The notes beneath the pieces were generated by a model, which was given only the letters and a program-made list of their open reading frames with translations, ran no database searches and had not been told where the DNA came from. The position numbers and the translations under genes are program-made. Source: a virus. From it: a stretch of DNA of 64,000 nt. Shown in pieces: positions 49,156-58,436 of the stretch (the first letter of the stretch is position 1; each line of letters begins with the position of its first letter). The stretch covers positions 64,319-128,318 of IMG/VR virus record IMGVR_UViG_3300029787_000005; one strand, 5' to 3'.

Positions 49156-49691
49156 TGGCTAAGCCTAAGAAGGCACACTATGTCGATAACAAGCAATTGT
49201 ATGCTGTTATGGTCGAGTACAAAAAAGCTGTCAACGAATCAGAAGAAAGTGGAGATATCAAACCACAGATACCAAACTATGTTGGACGATGTCTCTTGCA
49301 GATTGCTAATAGGTTAGCAACAAAACCAAACTTTGCTAACTATACATTCAAAGATGATATGATTAGTGATGGTATTGAGAACTGTGTGAGTTATATTCAT
49401 AACTTTGATCCAGAGAAGTCTAATAATCCCTTTGCATACTTCACACAAATTATATACTATGCATTCTTGAGAAGGATACAAAAGGAAAAGAAGCAGCTAT
49501 ACATTAAGCATAAGTCATTAGAGCAGTCTGTACTGTTTAACTCATTAGTTGAGGGTGATGATATGGGTATAGGTAACAATGTTGAAATTGGTAGTGACTA
49601 TATGAATGACTTTGTTAAAAACTTTGAAGCTAAAGAAGTAAAGACAAAGGAAAAACGTAAGCAAGCCAAAGGTGTTGAGAAATATTTTTAA
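49155..49691 (+). CDS. gp55: Late-transcription sigma factor gp55
   Basis: HYVDNK...PNFANYTFKDDMISDGIENC...NFDPEKS.NPFAYFTQIIYYAFLRRIQKEKKQ. Confidence 0.96.
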   Translation: MAKPKKAHYVDNKQLYAVMVEYKKAVNESEESGDIKPQIPNYVGRCLLQIANRLATKPNFANYTFKDDMISDGIENCVSYIHNFDPEKSNNPFAYFTQIIYYAFLRRIQKEKKQLYIKHKSLEQSVLFNSLVEGDDMGIGNNVEIGSDYMNDFVKNFEAKEVKTKEKRKQAKGVEKYF

Positions 49692-50753
49692 ATGAAAATT
49701 GCATTATTGACGGACCTTCATTTTGGAGCTCGCAATGACAATCAAAAGGTTGCAGCATTCCAGAAGAAGTTCTTTGACGAAGTATTCTTTCCTTACATAG
49801 ATGAGAATAACATACAAGAGATAGTTAACTTGGGTGATACGTTTGATAGACGAAAGTTTATATCTTACACATCACTCAAGATTGCTAAAGAGATGTTGTT
49901 TCAGCCATTGTATGAGCGTAACATTAAGATGTATACTATTGTAGGTAACCATGATATCACCTATAAGAATACATTAGATGTGAATAGTATCAATCTATTG
50001 CTTGATGGCTATGATAACATTATTGAGTATAGTCAACCTACAGAGATCAATATTGATGGTCTTGATATACTATTGGTTCCATGGATTTGTAAAGATAATG
50101 AAGAGAAGACTTGGGAGATGGTTGAGAAGACTAAAGCACAGGTTTGCTTTGGACATCTTGAGCTCACTGGCTTTCAAATGTATAGAGGTATGCCTAACTA
50201 TGAAGGATGCAATCCAAAAGCATTTGAGAAGTTTGACCAGGTCTATAGTGGACACTTTCACCATAGAAGTACATCTGGTAATGTAACTTATCTTGGAACA
50301 GCATATGAGATGACATGGTCATGTTATGATGACATAAAAGGATTTCATATCTATGATACTGATACAAGAGAGTTGACTTTCATACCAAATAGTAGTATAC
50401 TATTTAATAAGATCTGGTATGATGATACCAATATGACATACGAGGATCTAAATGAGATTACACATAATGGCTTGGAAAACTCTTACATCAAACTGATTAT
50501 TAAAGAAAAGAATAATCCGGTGATGTTTGATACGTTGATCTCTTCGTTAGAAGATTACAATCCAATCCATCTACAAGTTGTGGATGATCATTTGAATCTT
50601 GACTTAGATGATGATGCTGATATTATCGATGAAGCTGAGGATACAATGACTATACTTGATGGGTATATTGAAGGGTTGGATCTAAAGCACAACAAGAAAG
50701 AATTGAAGAATCTTATGCATGGACTATATAGTGAAGCCTTGGCGGTTGAATGA
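49692..50753 (+). CDS. gp47: Recombination endonuclease subunit gp47 (Mre11/SbcD-like)
   Basis: TDLHFG, LGDTFDRRK, VGNHD, SGHFH metallophosphoesterase motifs. Confidence 0.95.
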   Translation: MKIALLTDLHFGARNDNQKVAAFQKKFFDEVFFPYIDENNIQEIVNLGDTFDRRKFISYTSLKIAKEMLFQPLYERNIKMYTIVGNHDITYKNTLDVNSINLLLDGYDNIIEYSQPTEINIDGLDILLVPWICKDNEEKTWEMVEKTKAQVCFGHLELTGFQMYRGMPNYEGCNPKAFEKFDQVYSGHFHHRSTSGNVTYLGTAYEMTWSCYDDIKGFHIYDTDTRELTFIPNSSILFNKIWYDDTNMTYEDLNEITHNGLENSYIKLIIKEKNNPVMFDTLISSLEDYNPIHLQVVDDHLNLDLDDDADIIDEAEDTMTILDGYIEGLDLKHNKKELKNLMHGLYSEALAVE

Positions 50754-52465
50754 TTGAGTTTAAATGTGTGCGTTGGAAGAACTTTGTTTCTTATGGGGAT
50801 GCGCAGACTGAAGTAGTCTTTAACACTAATAAAGCTACTCTAGTCATTGGGGATAATGGAGCTGGTAAGTCGACTATGATCGATGCTATTTGCTATGCAT
50901 TGTATGGTAAGGCTTTTCGTAATGTTGCAACTACACAATTAATTAACTCGGTCAATACTAATCACATGGAGGTAGAGTGTGAGTTTAGGATTGGTAAGCA
51001 GGAATATCGTATTGCTCGTGGTCTTAAGCCGAGGTATTTTGAAGTGTGGCAAAATGGTAAGCTGCTCAATCAAGATGCTAATGCAAGAGACTATCAAGAA
51101 GTTCTTGAGAAGCAAATCCTAAAAGTAACATACAAGTCATTCAAACAGATAGTTGTTCTTGGTTCAAGTAACTTCGTTCCATTCATGCAAATGAATACTA
51201 AAGATAGGAAGGAAGTTATTGAAGACCTATTGGACATTGGTATCTTTTCTGTGATGTCTTCCATACTAAAGGACAAGGTATCAAGACACAGAGAAGAGCT
51301 CCAAAAAATTGAGTATGAAAAAAGCCTGGTTGAAACTCGTATATCCTTACTCCACGAGAACATTGAGAGTCTAAGACAAGCACAATCTGATGACATTGCA
51401 AGAAAGAAAAAATCTATCGAGGCTGCAAACAAAGACATCTCTCTTTTGAAGTTTACCGTTGAAGAAATCCAAGGAACTATAAGCGAGTTTGAACAACGTA
51501 AATCTGATGAAGATAAAGTAAATAAAGAAAAGAAAGAAGGAGAAAAGATTCTTGACAGACTTATCAATAAGCAAGATCGTCATAGGCACACCATTGACTT
51601 CTTTCATAACAAAGATGAATGTCCAACTTGTCAGCAAGAGATTAATCCAGAGTTCAAAGAAGGACGCATTGCAGAGGAAGAAGAGGCATTTCTTGAACTC
51701 GGCAACGGAATGGATGAACTCAGAAAAGTTATAACAGATAAAGAAGAACGGCTTGGAGAGATCAATAAAATACAATTAGAGATTAATGCATTGCAACATC
51801 AAGTTATTGATAAGCAATCTTTGATCAATAGTAAGACAATGTTGATTAATGAACTACAAGAACAAGTTACACAGGTTGCAGATAATGATAAACTAATCAA
51901 AGCTAAGGAAGCTGAGATAACAGAAGAAGATGTTAATCTACAGAACTTACATACAGAAACATCTGATGCAATACTAAAGAAGAATGTTATGGATGTAGGT
52001 ACAAAGCTATTGAGAGATACTGGAATTAAGAGTCGTATCATTAAGCAGTATATACCAATTATAAATAAGCTCATCAATAAATATCTTGCAGCCATGGATT
52101 TCTTTGTACAGTTTGAACTGGACGAGAACTTCAATGAGACTATCAAGTCACGGTACCGTGATGAATTTAGTTATGCCTCCTTTAGTGAAGGAGAAAAGAT
52201 GCGTATTGATCTATCTCTTCTATTTGCTTGGCGGGCTATTGCTAAGCTAAAAAACAGTGCAAATACTAATCTGTTGATAATGGATGAGGTGTTTGATAGT
52301 AGTCTGGATACAACAGGTACAGATGAGTTCATGAAGATAATTATGGAAATTGTATCTGATACCAACGTATTCATTATTAGTCATAAAACAGATCAACTAG
52401 TTGATAAATTTACAAACGTAATAAGATTTGAGAAACATAAAAACTTTAGTAGGATGGTAGCATAA
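50750..52465 (+). CDS. gp46: Recombination ATPase subunit gp46 (Rad50/SbcC-like)
   Basis: GDNGAGKST, CPTCQQ zinc hook, FSEGEKMRID, MDEVFDSSLD. Confidence 0.96.
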   Translation: MIEFKCVRWKNFVSYGDAQTEVVFNTNKATLVIGDNGAGKSTMIDAICYALYGKAFRNVATTQLINSVNTNHMEVECEFRIGKQEYRIARGLKPRYFEVWQNGKLLNQDANARDYQEVLEKQILKVTYKSFKQIVVLGSSNFVPFMQMNTKDRKEVIEDLLDIGIFSVMSSILKDKVSRHREELQKIEYEKSLVETRISLLHENIESLRQAQSDDIARKKKSIEAANKDISLLKFTVEEIQGTISEFEQRKSDEDKVNKEKKEGEKILDRLINKQDRHRHTIDFFHNKDECPTCQQEINPEFKEGRIAEEEEAFLELGNGMDELRKVITDKEERLGEINKIQLEINALQHQVIDKQSLINSKTMLINELQEQVTQVADNDKLIKAKEAEITEEDVNLQNLHTETSDAILKKNVMDVGTKLLRDTGIKSRIIKQYIPIINKLINKYLAAMDFFVQFELDENFNETIKSRYRDEFSYASFSEGEKMRIDLSLLFAWRAIAKLKNSANTNLLIMDEVFDSSLDTTGTDEFMKIIMEIVSDTNVFIISHKTDQLVDKFTNVIRFEKHKNFSRMVA

Positions 52466-52632
52466 TGGCAGCTGGTAAAGACCCTGGAAACGCACACTTT
52501 TGGTTGAGTATGATTAAGAGTGGAGTGAGAATAGTAGGATGTTTAATATTATGTAATGGTTTGTTTCTGTTTGCAGGAGGGTTCTTGTTACTTGCAGAGG
52601 TGATAGGTATAGCTGAGGAACTGGTAGATTGA
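52465..52632 (+). CDS. Small membrane protein (55 aa, not in the ORF track)
   Basis: Translated by hand: MAAGKDPGNAHFWLSMIKSGVRIVGCLILCNGLFLFAGGFLLLAEVIGIAEELVD; overlaps both neighbours and fills the gap exactly. Confidence 0.7.
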   Translation: MAAGKDPGNAHFWLSMIKSGVRIVGCLILCNGLFLFAGGFLLLAEVIGIAEELVD

Positions 52633-53054
52633 TAACAGGAATAACAGCATCATCATTTGACTTGTTACATGCAGGTCATATCTTAATGTTGAGAGAAGCA
52701 AAGACACAGTGTGATCATTTGATATGTGCATTACAAGTAGATCCAACAAAAGATAGACCAGAGAAGAATAAACCTATACAAACGTATATGGAAAGGTACA
52801 TTCAACTGGAAGCAGTAAAGTATGTTGATGAGATTATACCATATGAAACTGAGGAAGAGCTTCTAGCTCTTCTTCGTCATCTTCCTGTTGATATAAGAGT
52901 CATTGGTGAGGACTATAAAGACAAAGAGTTTACAGGAAAAGATGATGTGCCTGTATACTATAATAAAAGACAACATGAGTTTAGTACTTCAGGGTTAAGA
53001 GATAGAATAAAATTGTCAGGCCGTGAGACATTTAGCCAGGAATGGAGATTGTAA
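52629..53054 (+). CDS. Cytidylyltransferase (glycerol-3-phosphate CT, TagD-like)
   Basis: FDLLHAGH (HxGH), KYVDEIIPY, R.HEFSTSGLR. Confidence 0.85.
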   Translation: MITGITASSFDLLHAGHILMLREAKTQCDHLICALQVDPTKDRPEKNKPIQTYMERYIQLEAVKYVDEIIPYETEEELLALLRHLPVDIRVIGEDYKDKEFTGKDDVPVYYNKRQHEFSTSGLRDRIKLSGRETFSQEWRL

Positions 53055-53659
53055 TGGCTGAGTTAACTTTTAATACTAAGTCATCAGATAAAGGCGTTCC
53101 ATTTTGGTATGCCTACAAGCCAATGATCCATGATAAAGATGGAACGTTGGATTTGGATATCAAACATGACTTTCTAAATGATACAGAACTAGAGAAGTTT
53201 GACTTTAACAACCCTCAAGTTGATGCACCTAACTTATCTGCATCAATGGTGAAGCTCATGAGGAAGCTAGGTGGATATGGTCTTGCAGCTAATCAAGTAG
53301 GCTTGCCATTGAGAATGTTTGTAATAGAAGGAGAACCAGCATATGCTGTATTCAATCCAAGGATAACATACTATGGAGATGAAGAGATTCTATTGGAAGA
53401 AGGGTGTCTTTCATATCCAGGTTTAAGTTTAAAAATTAGACGGCCAAGATTTATGAGAGCCAGGTTCCAAGATCCATATGGTGACTTTGTTACCAAACAG
53501 TTTGATGGAATTACATCAAGAGTATTCCAACATGAATATGATCACACAGAAGGTGTTGACTTTACACAAAAAGTAAGTAAAATGAAGTTGCAAATGGCTA
53601 AGAAGAAATGGACAAAGAAATATGGCAGAACGAAGCTCAGCTTACCAAGTAGCCTATAG
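53054..53659 (+). CDS. def: Peptide deformylase
   Basis: GLAANQVG, EEGCLS, QHEYDH motifs. Confidence 0.93.
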   Translation: MAELTFNTKSSDKGVPFWYAYKPMIHDKDGTLDLDIKHDFLNDTELEKFDFNNPQVDAPNLSASMVKLMRKLGGYGLAANQVGLPLRMFVIEGEPAYAVFNPRITYYGDEEILLEEGCLSYPGLSLKIRRPRFMRARFQDPYGDFVTKQFDGITSRVFQHEYDHTEGVDFTQKVSKMKLQMAKKKWTKKYGRTKLSLPSSL

Positions 53660-54539
53660 TGAAATCTTTCACTCTATTCAAGGTGAAGGAAAGTATACTG
53701 GTGTTCCTACTGCATGGTTTAGATTCTTTCTATGTAACTTACAATGCGATGGGTTCATGCAGAAAGATCCAACTAATCCAGATACATATGAACTACCATA
53801 CTTAAATATTGATCCACAAGAGTTTGAGACTTTAGAAGACCTTCCTGTCTTCAATAAAGGTTGTGATAGTTCTTACTCCTGGAGTAAAAAGTATAAGCAT
53901 CTACAACGTAAAGGTACCCCAGATGAAATTGTACAACGTCTTACTGAGATGATGATATCGCCAAGTAATCCAAAAGGAAGATTTCAACATCCTAATGGTG
54001 TATGGCAACATATGTGCTTTACTGGAGGCGAGCCTCTTATGAAGCATGCACAGAAAGCTGTACCAGATATCCTTAGAGCATTTAAGGACGATGAATATAA
54101 CATGCCTGAGAGTGTTACATTCGAGACTAATGGTACACAAGAGTTGACTCCTGCTTTTATAGACTTCTTTACCAACAGAGGTTTATTTGATCAAGAGTTA
54201 TTTTTCTCAGTAAGTCCTAAGTTAGAAACTGTATCTGGTGAGAAGAGAGATAAAGCTATCAAGCCTGATACTCTCAAGAGTTATAGAATGCTATCTAAGC
54301 ATGGCCAGTTAAAGTTTGTTCTTGGGGCTGAGGAACGACAATGGGAGGAGATGGAAGATGTTCTATCTGATCTTAGGAGTGTTGGTATTGATTATCCTGT
54401 CTGGATTATGCCTGTTGGGGCGCTTGCTGAGCAGCAAGAAGAAACTGCTGGAGAAGTGGCTCAAAAGGCATTCAAGAGAGGGTACAACGTAAGTGCTAGA
54501 GTGCACTGTTATTTGTGGGGGAATTTGATAGGTGTTTGA
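53622..54539 (+). CDS. queE: 7-carboxy-7-deazaguanine synthase QueE (radical SAM)
   Basis: SEIFHSIQGEGKYTGVP..W.RF..CNLQC...CDS, FTGGEP, ETNGT, SVSPK; adjacent to queD and folE. Confidence 0.88.
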   Translation: MAERSSAYQVAYSEIFHSIQGEGKYTGVPTAWFRFFLCNLQCDGFMQKDPTNPDTYELPYLNIDPQEFETLEDLPVFNKGCDSSYSWSKKYKHLQRKGTPDEIVQRLTEMMISPSNPKGRFQHPNGVWQHMCFTGGEPLMKHAQKAVPDILRAFKDDEYNMPESVTFETNGTQELTPAFIDFFTNRGLFDQELFFSVSPKLETVSGEKRDKAIKPDTLKSYRMLSKHGQLKFVLGAEERQWEEMEDVLSDLRSVGIDYPVWIMPVGALAEQQEETAGEVAQKAFKRGYNVSARVHCYLWGNLIGV

Positions 54540-55122
54540 GACAGTATCATGTACCAAAGTGTTACATACAGAAATTGGTAAAGAGCTTAACAATCGAAAG
54601 ATTAGTGAGCTTTGTATGGCTTGGCAACATAAGAAGATTGATGAGAGTCCTAATGCAACAGGATATGAAGACTCTAGGATACCAGATGATCCTGAGATAA
54701 CAAGACTCACTGATAAAGTTATGTCTGTTGTTCATTCAAATATTGATGATAGATATTATCTTGCTGAGATTTGGGCACACATTCTTGTAGAGAATCAATC
54801 TACTATGATTCATAGTCATCGTAACGAAAGAGACACCAAGAATTTATTTTTATCTTGGGTTTACTATCCACTGTTGCCTGATAAGAAGTATGGTGGTAAA
54901 CTAAGATTCCAAATGGTAAGTCATATGCAGATGAACAATCATGAGATTACTCCACAGGTTGGTCATCTTGTTATATTTCCATCATGGTTGAATCACTATA
55001 CAACTCCAAACACGTCTGAGGATGTTCGTATATCAATTAGTGGTAACCTAAAGATACAAGAAGAGGATTACCAAAAGGTTTGGCGTGATAGAACTTCTGG
55101 AATACATGACTTTTATAGTTAG
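54532..55122 (+). CDS. Putative Fe(II)/2OG oxygenase (TIGR02466-like)
   Basis: HSH...SWVYY...IFPSWLNH.T...RISISGN. Confidence 0.7.
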   Translation: MFETVSCTKVLHTEIGKELNNRKISELCMAWQHKKIDESPNATGYEDSRIPDDPEITRLTDKVMSVVHSNIDDRYYLAEIWAHILVENQSTMIHSHRNERDTKNLFLSWVYYPLLPDKKYGGKLRFQMVSHMQMNNHEITPQVGHLVIFPSWLNHYTTPNTSEDVRISISGNLKIQEEDYQKVWRDRTSGIHDFYS

Positions 55123-55131
55123 GGAACAACA

Positions 55132-55605
55132 ATGGCAAAATATGTTAGTACAAAGACCTATACGCATCTAGGACCTGTTGCATATAGACAATGGAGAGCT
55201 GACTCTCACTGCAATCTAATCCATGGATATGCATTATCATTCCACTTTGAGTTTGAATGTGATACATTAGATGCACGCAATTGGTGTATGGACTTTGGTG
55301 GCTTGAAGCCTCTCAAAGCAAACCTAGAAGATTGGTTTGATCATACATTACTTGTTGCAGAAGATGATCCTGATAGAGAACATCTATTGAAACTTGGTGA
55401 GCTTGGACTTGCTAAGATTACTGAAGTAGCAAAGACTGGATGTGAAGGTATTGCAGACTTCTTGTATGAGTATATCAACACAATTATGTTACCAGACTAC
55501 GGTGAAGGTGATCGTGTTTGGTGTAGTAAAGTAGAAGTCAGAGAAACAGCTAGCAATATGGCTATGAGGATTGGTCATAGAGCAGATGGAGAGTTTGATG
55601 AATAG
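55132..55605 (+). CDS. queD: 6-carboxytetrahydropterin synthase QueD
   Basis: SHCNLIHGY (CxxxHG), MDFGGLK, FDHT, VEVRET. Confidence 0.88.
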   Translation: MAKYVSTKTYTHLGPVAYRQWRADSHCNLIHGYALSFHFEFECDTLDARNWCMDFGGLKPLKANLEDWFDHTLLVAEDDPDREHLLKLGELGLAKITEVAKTGCEGIADFLYEYINTIMLPDYGEGDRVWCSKVEVRETASNMAMRIGHRADGEFDE

Positions 55606-55792
55606 TTTTCTCATTGCCTTAGAGGCTAGGTACAAAGCTGAAATGGCTGCTGCTAAAGCTAACATTGAAGTGTATCTATCTAACCCTACAGGTATAGGTG
55701 AGCATCCAGATCTAGTAGAAGCAATAGACTCACAGATAGCTATTCTTGCAGAGGCTGAAGATAAACTTGACTCTTTAAAACATTTCAAATGA
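55598..55792 (+). CDS. Small conserved hypothetical protein
   Basis: AKANIEVYL.NP.GIGEHPDLVEAID pattern seen in marine T4-like phages. Confidence 0.65.
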   Translation: MNSFLIALEARYKAEMAAAKANIEVYLSNPTGIGEHPDLVEAIDSQIAILAEAEDKLDSLKHFK

Positions 55793-56262
55793 TAAACTAT
55801 ACATACAAACAATTCAGTAATGATGTTGAAAAGCTAAGTCAAACTATAGTTTGTATGGAGGAAGTATCAACTCCTCATCTCAGATGGCAACCAAACACAG
55901 TTGTATCTATTGCTAGAGGTGGTTTAGTTCCTGGAGTATATCTATCACATAGTCTTAATATAAAGAATGTTCCTATTGTATGGCAGACAAGAGATGGATG
56001 TACTAAAGAACCTATACCTGATACTCTTCTGAGTAAAGGTTGCCAGCTACTGATTGTAGATGATATAAATGATTCCGGTGAAACTTTTCACCAGATAATG
56101 GATGATATAAAAAGGAGGTATCAACACGGAGAAGCAGAGTTAAAACAGAACATAAAGACTGCGACACTATGGTCGAGGTCCGTATCAAACTTTCACGTTG
56201 ACTTTACAATAAGAAAGATTGATACTGACGAATGGATAATATTCCCTTGGGAAAAAGGATAG
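55789..56262 (+). CDS. Purine phosphoribosyltransferase (Gpt/XGPRT-like)
   Basis: IARGGLVPG, LIVDDINDSGET (PRPP-binding loop), WIIFPWE. Confidence 0.88.
   Translation: MINYTYKQFSNDVEKLSQTIVCMEEVSTPHLRWQPNTVVSIARGGLVPGVYLSHSLNIKNVPIVWQTRDGCTKEPIPDTLLSKGCQLLIVDDINDSGETFHQIMDDIKRRYQHGEAELKQNIKTATLWSRSVSNFHVDFTIRKIDTDEWIIFPWEKG
56198..56226 (+). promoter_or_regulatory. Putative sigma70-type promoter TTGACT-N17-GATACT
   Basis: 17-nt spacer, about 40 nt upstream of folE. Confidence 0.45.
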
Positions 56263-56265
56263 CGA

Positions 56266-56958
56266 ATGTCACACCCAGATTATAAATCTGACCCTGAACT
56301 GGGTCTAAAAGTAAAAGAACATCTAGAACGTATGGGTCTTGAGACACCTATGACTAAACTAGTCAATGCGGACATGTCTGTAAAGATAAAAAATATTGAA
56401 GAACATATGCGCCAGGTACTAATGGTTCTTGGCTTGGATCTTACAGATGATTCTTTAATGGATACACCTAGTCGTGTAGCTAAAATGTATGTAAGAGAAA
56501 TCTTTTGGGGACTGGATTACAAACAGTTTCCTAAATGTACTACAATTACAAATAAGTTTGGTACTAAAAATTCACCAGGATCGTTTGTAATTGAACGTAA
56601 TGTTAATGTACAGTCTAACTGTGAGCATCACCTTGTTGTGATTGATGGTAAGGCTTGTGTAGCATATATTCCAAGAGAGAAAGTTCTTGGACTATCTAAG
56701 TTGAATCGTATTGTAGAGTTCTTTGCAAAGAGGCCTCAGGTACAAGAACGATTGACTGAGCAGATTGCATCAACAATATCTTTTATTACTGGTACGCCAG
56801 ATGTTGCAGTCTATCTTGATGCAGTACACTATTGTGTTAAGAGTAGAGGTATACAAGATCAAGGATCTAGTACTTCAACCTTAGCTGTGCATGGTGTGTT
56901 TGCTGAATATGAATCTGACATACGGAGAGAGTTTCTTAATCTTGTACGTATGCAGTAA
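56266..56958 (+). CDS. folE: GTP cyclohydrolase I FolE
   Basis: DTPSRVAKMY, SNCEHH, GLSKLNRIV, RPQVQERLT, HYCVKSRG. Confidence 0.95.
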   Translation: MSHPDYKSDPELGLKVKEHLERMGLETPMTKLVNADMSVKIKNIEEHMRQVLMVLGLDLTDDSLMDTPSRVAKMYVREIFWGLDYKQFPKCTTITNKFGTKNSPGSFVIERNVNVQSNCEHHLVVIDGKACVAYIPREKVLGLSKLNRIVEFFAKRPQVQERLTEQIASTISFITGTPDVAVYLDAVHYCVKSRGIQDQGSSTSTLAVHGVFAEYESDIRREFLNLVRMQ

Positions 56959-56984
56959 ACTAAACCGAGAAGCGGATAATAAAA

Positions 56985-57431
56985 ATGAATGTGTATTTTA
57001 CGAAATGGTCTTGTAATGGAGCCTCTGCATACAAGATTGGTATCTCTAAATGGGGTAAAGACAAACTTATTGAAGAAAGATTTGGTGATAGATTTGGTAC
57101 CAAGTCTCAATATGACATGTTTGAAAAAGAAGTACTTGCATGCGTAGAGTTCTCTAGTGAGACATACTCTCTAGCTCGAGCAGCAGCTCTTGGAATGGAA
57201 CATGCCTTTCACAGCCTCTGTCCTAAAGATTTCAGATTAGAAGAACATTTTGGTCTTGAAGATGGCATCCTTGATGGTATGGGTGGCATTAGTGAGTTCT
57301 TTCTTCTACCTAATGATGTGTCTGAAGAGTTAGTTCTTAGGACTTTTTCATCTGCCTATGAAAACAAATGGAAGTTGGAAAACAAACTGAAATCATATAG
57401 AGGTAGTGCAACAACGGAGATGACTATATGA
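56985..57431 (+). CDS. Hypothetical protein (N-terminus weakly GIY-YIG/T5orf172-like)
   Basis: VYF...YKIGIS...R...E pattern; weak. Confidence 0.4.
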   Translation: MNVYFTKWSCNGASAYKIGISKWGKDKLIEERFGDRFGTKSQYDMFEKEVLACVEFSSETYSLARAAALGMEHAFHSLCPKDFRLEEHFGLEDGILDGMGGISEFFLLPNDVSEELVLRTFSSAYENKWKLENKLKSYRGSATTEMTI

Positions 57432-57754
57432 GCCACACTGCTTTAATTAATAAAGGTTGGCCTGGTTTGTTACGACAGGAACTGACAACCTATGAAATGT
57501 ATTCTGGAACAGTATCTAAGAAGACTGTTACAAGAGTATTTGATCACACTGGTAGATATTATGATAGTAACAATGAGTTCTCTTTTCACCAAGAAGGTAC
57601 TACTTGGTCTAGTTCATTACAGAATACTATGTTACTAGATCCAAAGTCAAGAGAGCATCTTGTAGAGTCTGATTTTACTGGTGTAGCAATTGAATCTAAA
57701 ATTTATGATGGGGATGGGAGTGAAGAGAATGAGTACGAAGAAGAGCAGCAGTAA
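57428..57754 (+). CDS. Hypothetical protein
   Basis: 108-aa ORF with GGAG RBS overlapping the upstream stop. Confidence 0.55.
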   Translation: MSHTALINKGWPGLLRQELTTYEMYSGTVSKKTVTRVFDHTGRYYDSNNEFSFHQEGTTWSSSLQNTMLLDPKSREHLVESDFTGVAIESKIYDGDGSEENEYEEEQQ

Positions 57755-58436
57755 ATACGATGCTGAAACAAATGAGTTCAAAACTTATGTAGTTAACCCT
57801 GACGTGTTTGTAGAAACTGGTACTGGTCCTGAACAATCAGTACCATATCCACCTAATGGTCCAGAGATATCATTACCATATGGTGCACCAGATATGATAG
57901 TATCACCAACAGTCAGTGGTACTATTGATGCTATATCTGATGCATACAATATTGCTGGTGCAGATAATATAACATTTACAGCTGGTGATAGTATATCATT
58001 TGGTGATGATATGAGGGTTCATTATACTCCTGCATCAGAAGAAAACTTGACAAAGACTGAGAAGTTTAGAATGTATCCAAGTAAGTGGATCTTTGTTACA
58101 TTCCAAAGAGAAGGTATACATTGTTGGCCTGGAGCCAAGGATCTACCTGGGGTTGAGTTCTTAGCTAATCCTCATAGGCATTTGTTTAAGTTTAGGGTCG
58201 AGGTTCAAGTCTTTCATGATGATCGTGAGATAGAATTTATCCTGTTCAAAAGAGAACTTGAAAAACTCTATGGTGATGGTATTCTTGAATTAGATTACAA
58301 AAGTTGTGAGATGATTGCTGATGAGTTGGCTAAATACATCAAAGATCATTATCCAGGCCGCTTCATGAAGATTGAAGTATCTGAAGATGGTGAGAATGGT
58401 GCAGTTGGTTATTATGAAGGTTTGATTAAAATATGA
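57690..58436 (+). CDS. QueD-like T-fold protein, DpdL-like (putative CDG decarboxylase); start uncertain
   Basis: C-terminal about 115 aa: EGIHCWP...FLANPHRHLF (LxxxHRHxF)...DREIEFI...SCEMIA...VSEDGENG, inside a folE/queD/queE cluster. Confidence 0.6.
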   Translation: MNLKFMMGMGVKRMSTKKSSSKYDAETNEFKTYVVNPDVFVETGTGPEQSVPYPPNGPEISLPYGAPDMIVSPTVSGTIDAISDAYNIAGADNITFTAGDSISFGDDMRVHYTPASEENLTKTEKFRMYPSKWIFVTFQREGIHCWPGAKDLPGVEFLANPHRHLFKFRVEVQVFHDDREIEFILFKRELEKLYGDGILELDYKSCEMIADELAKYIKDHYPGRFMKIEVSEDGENGAVGYYEGLIKI

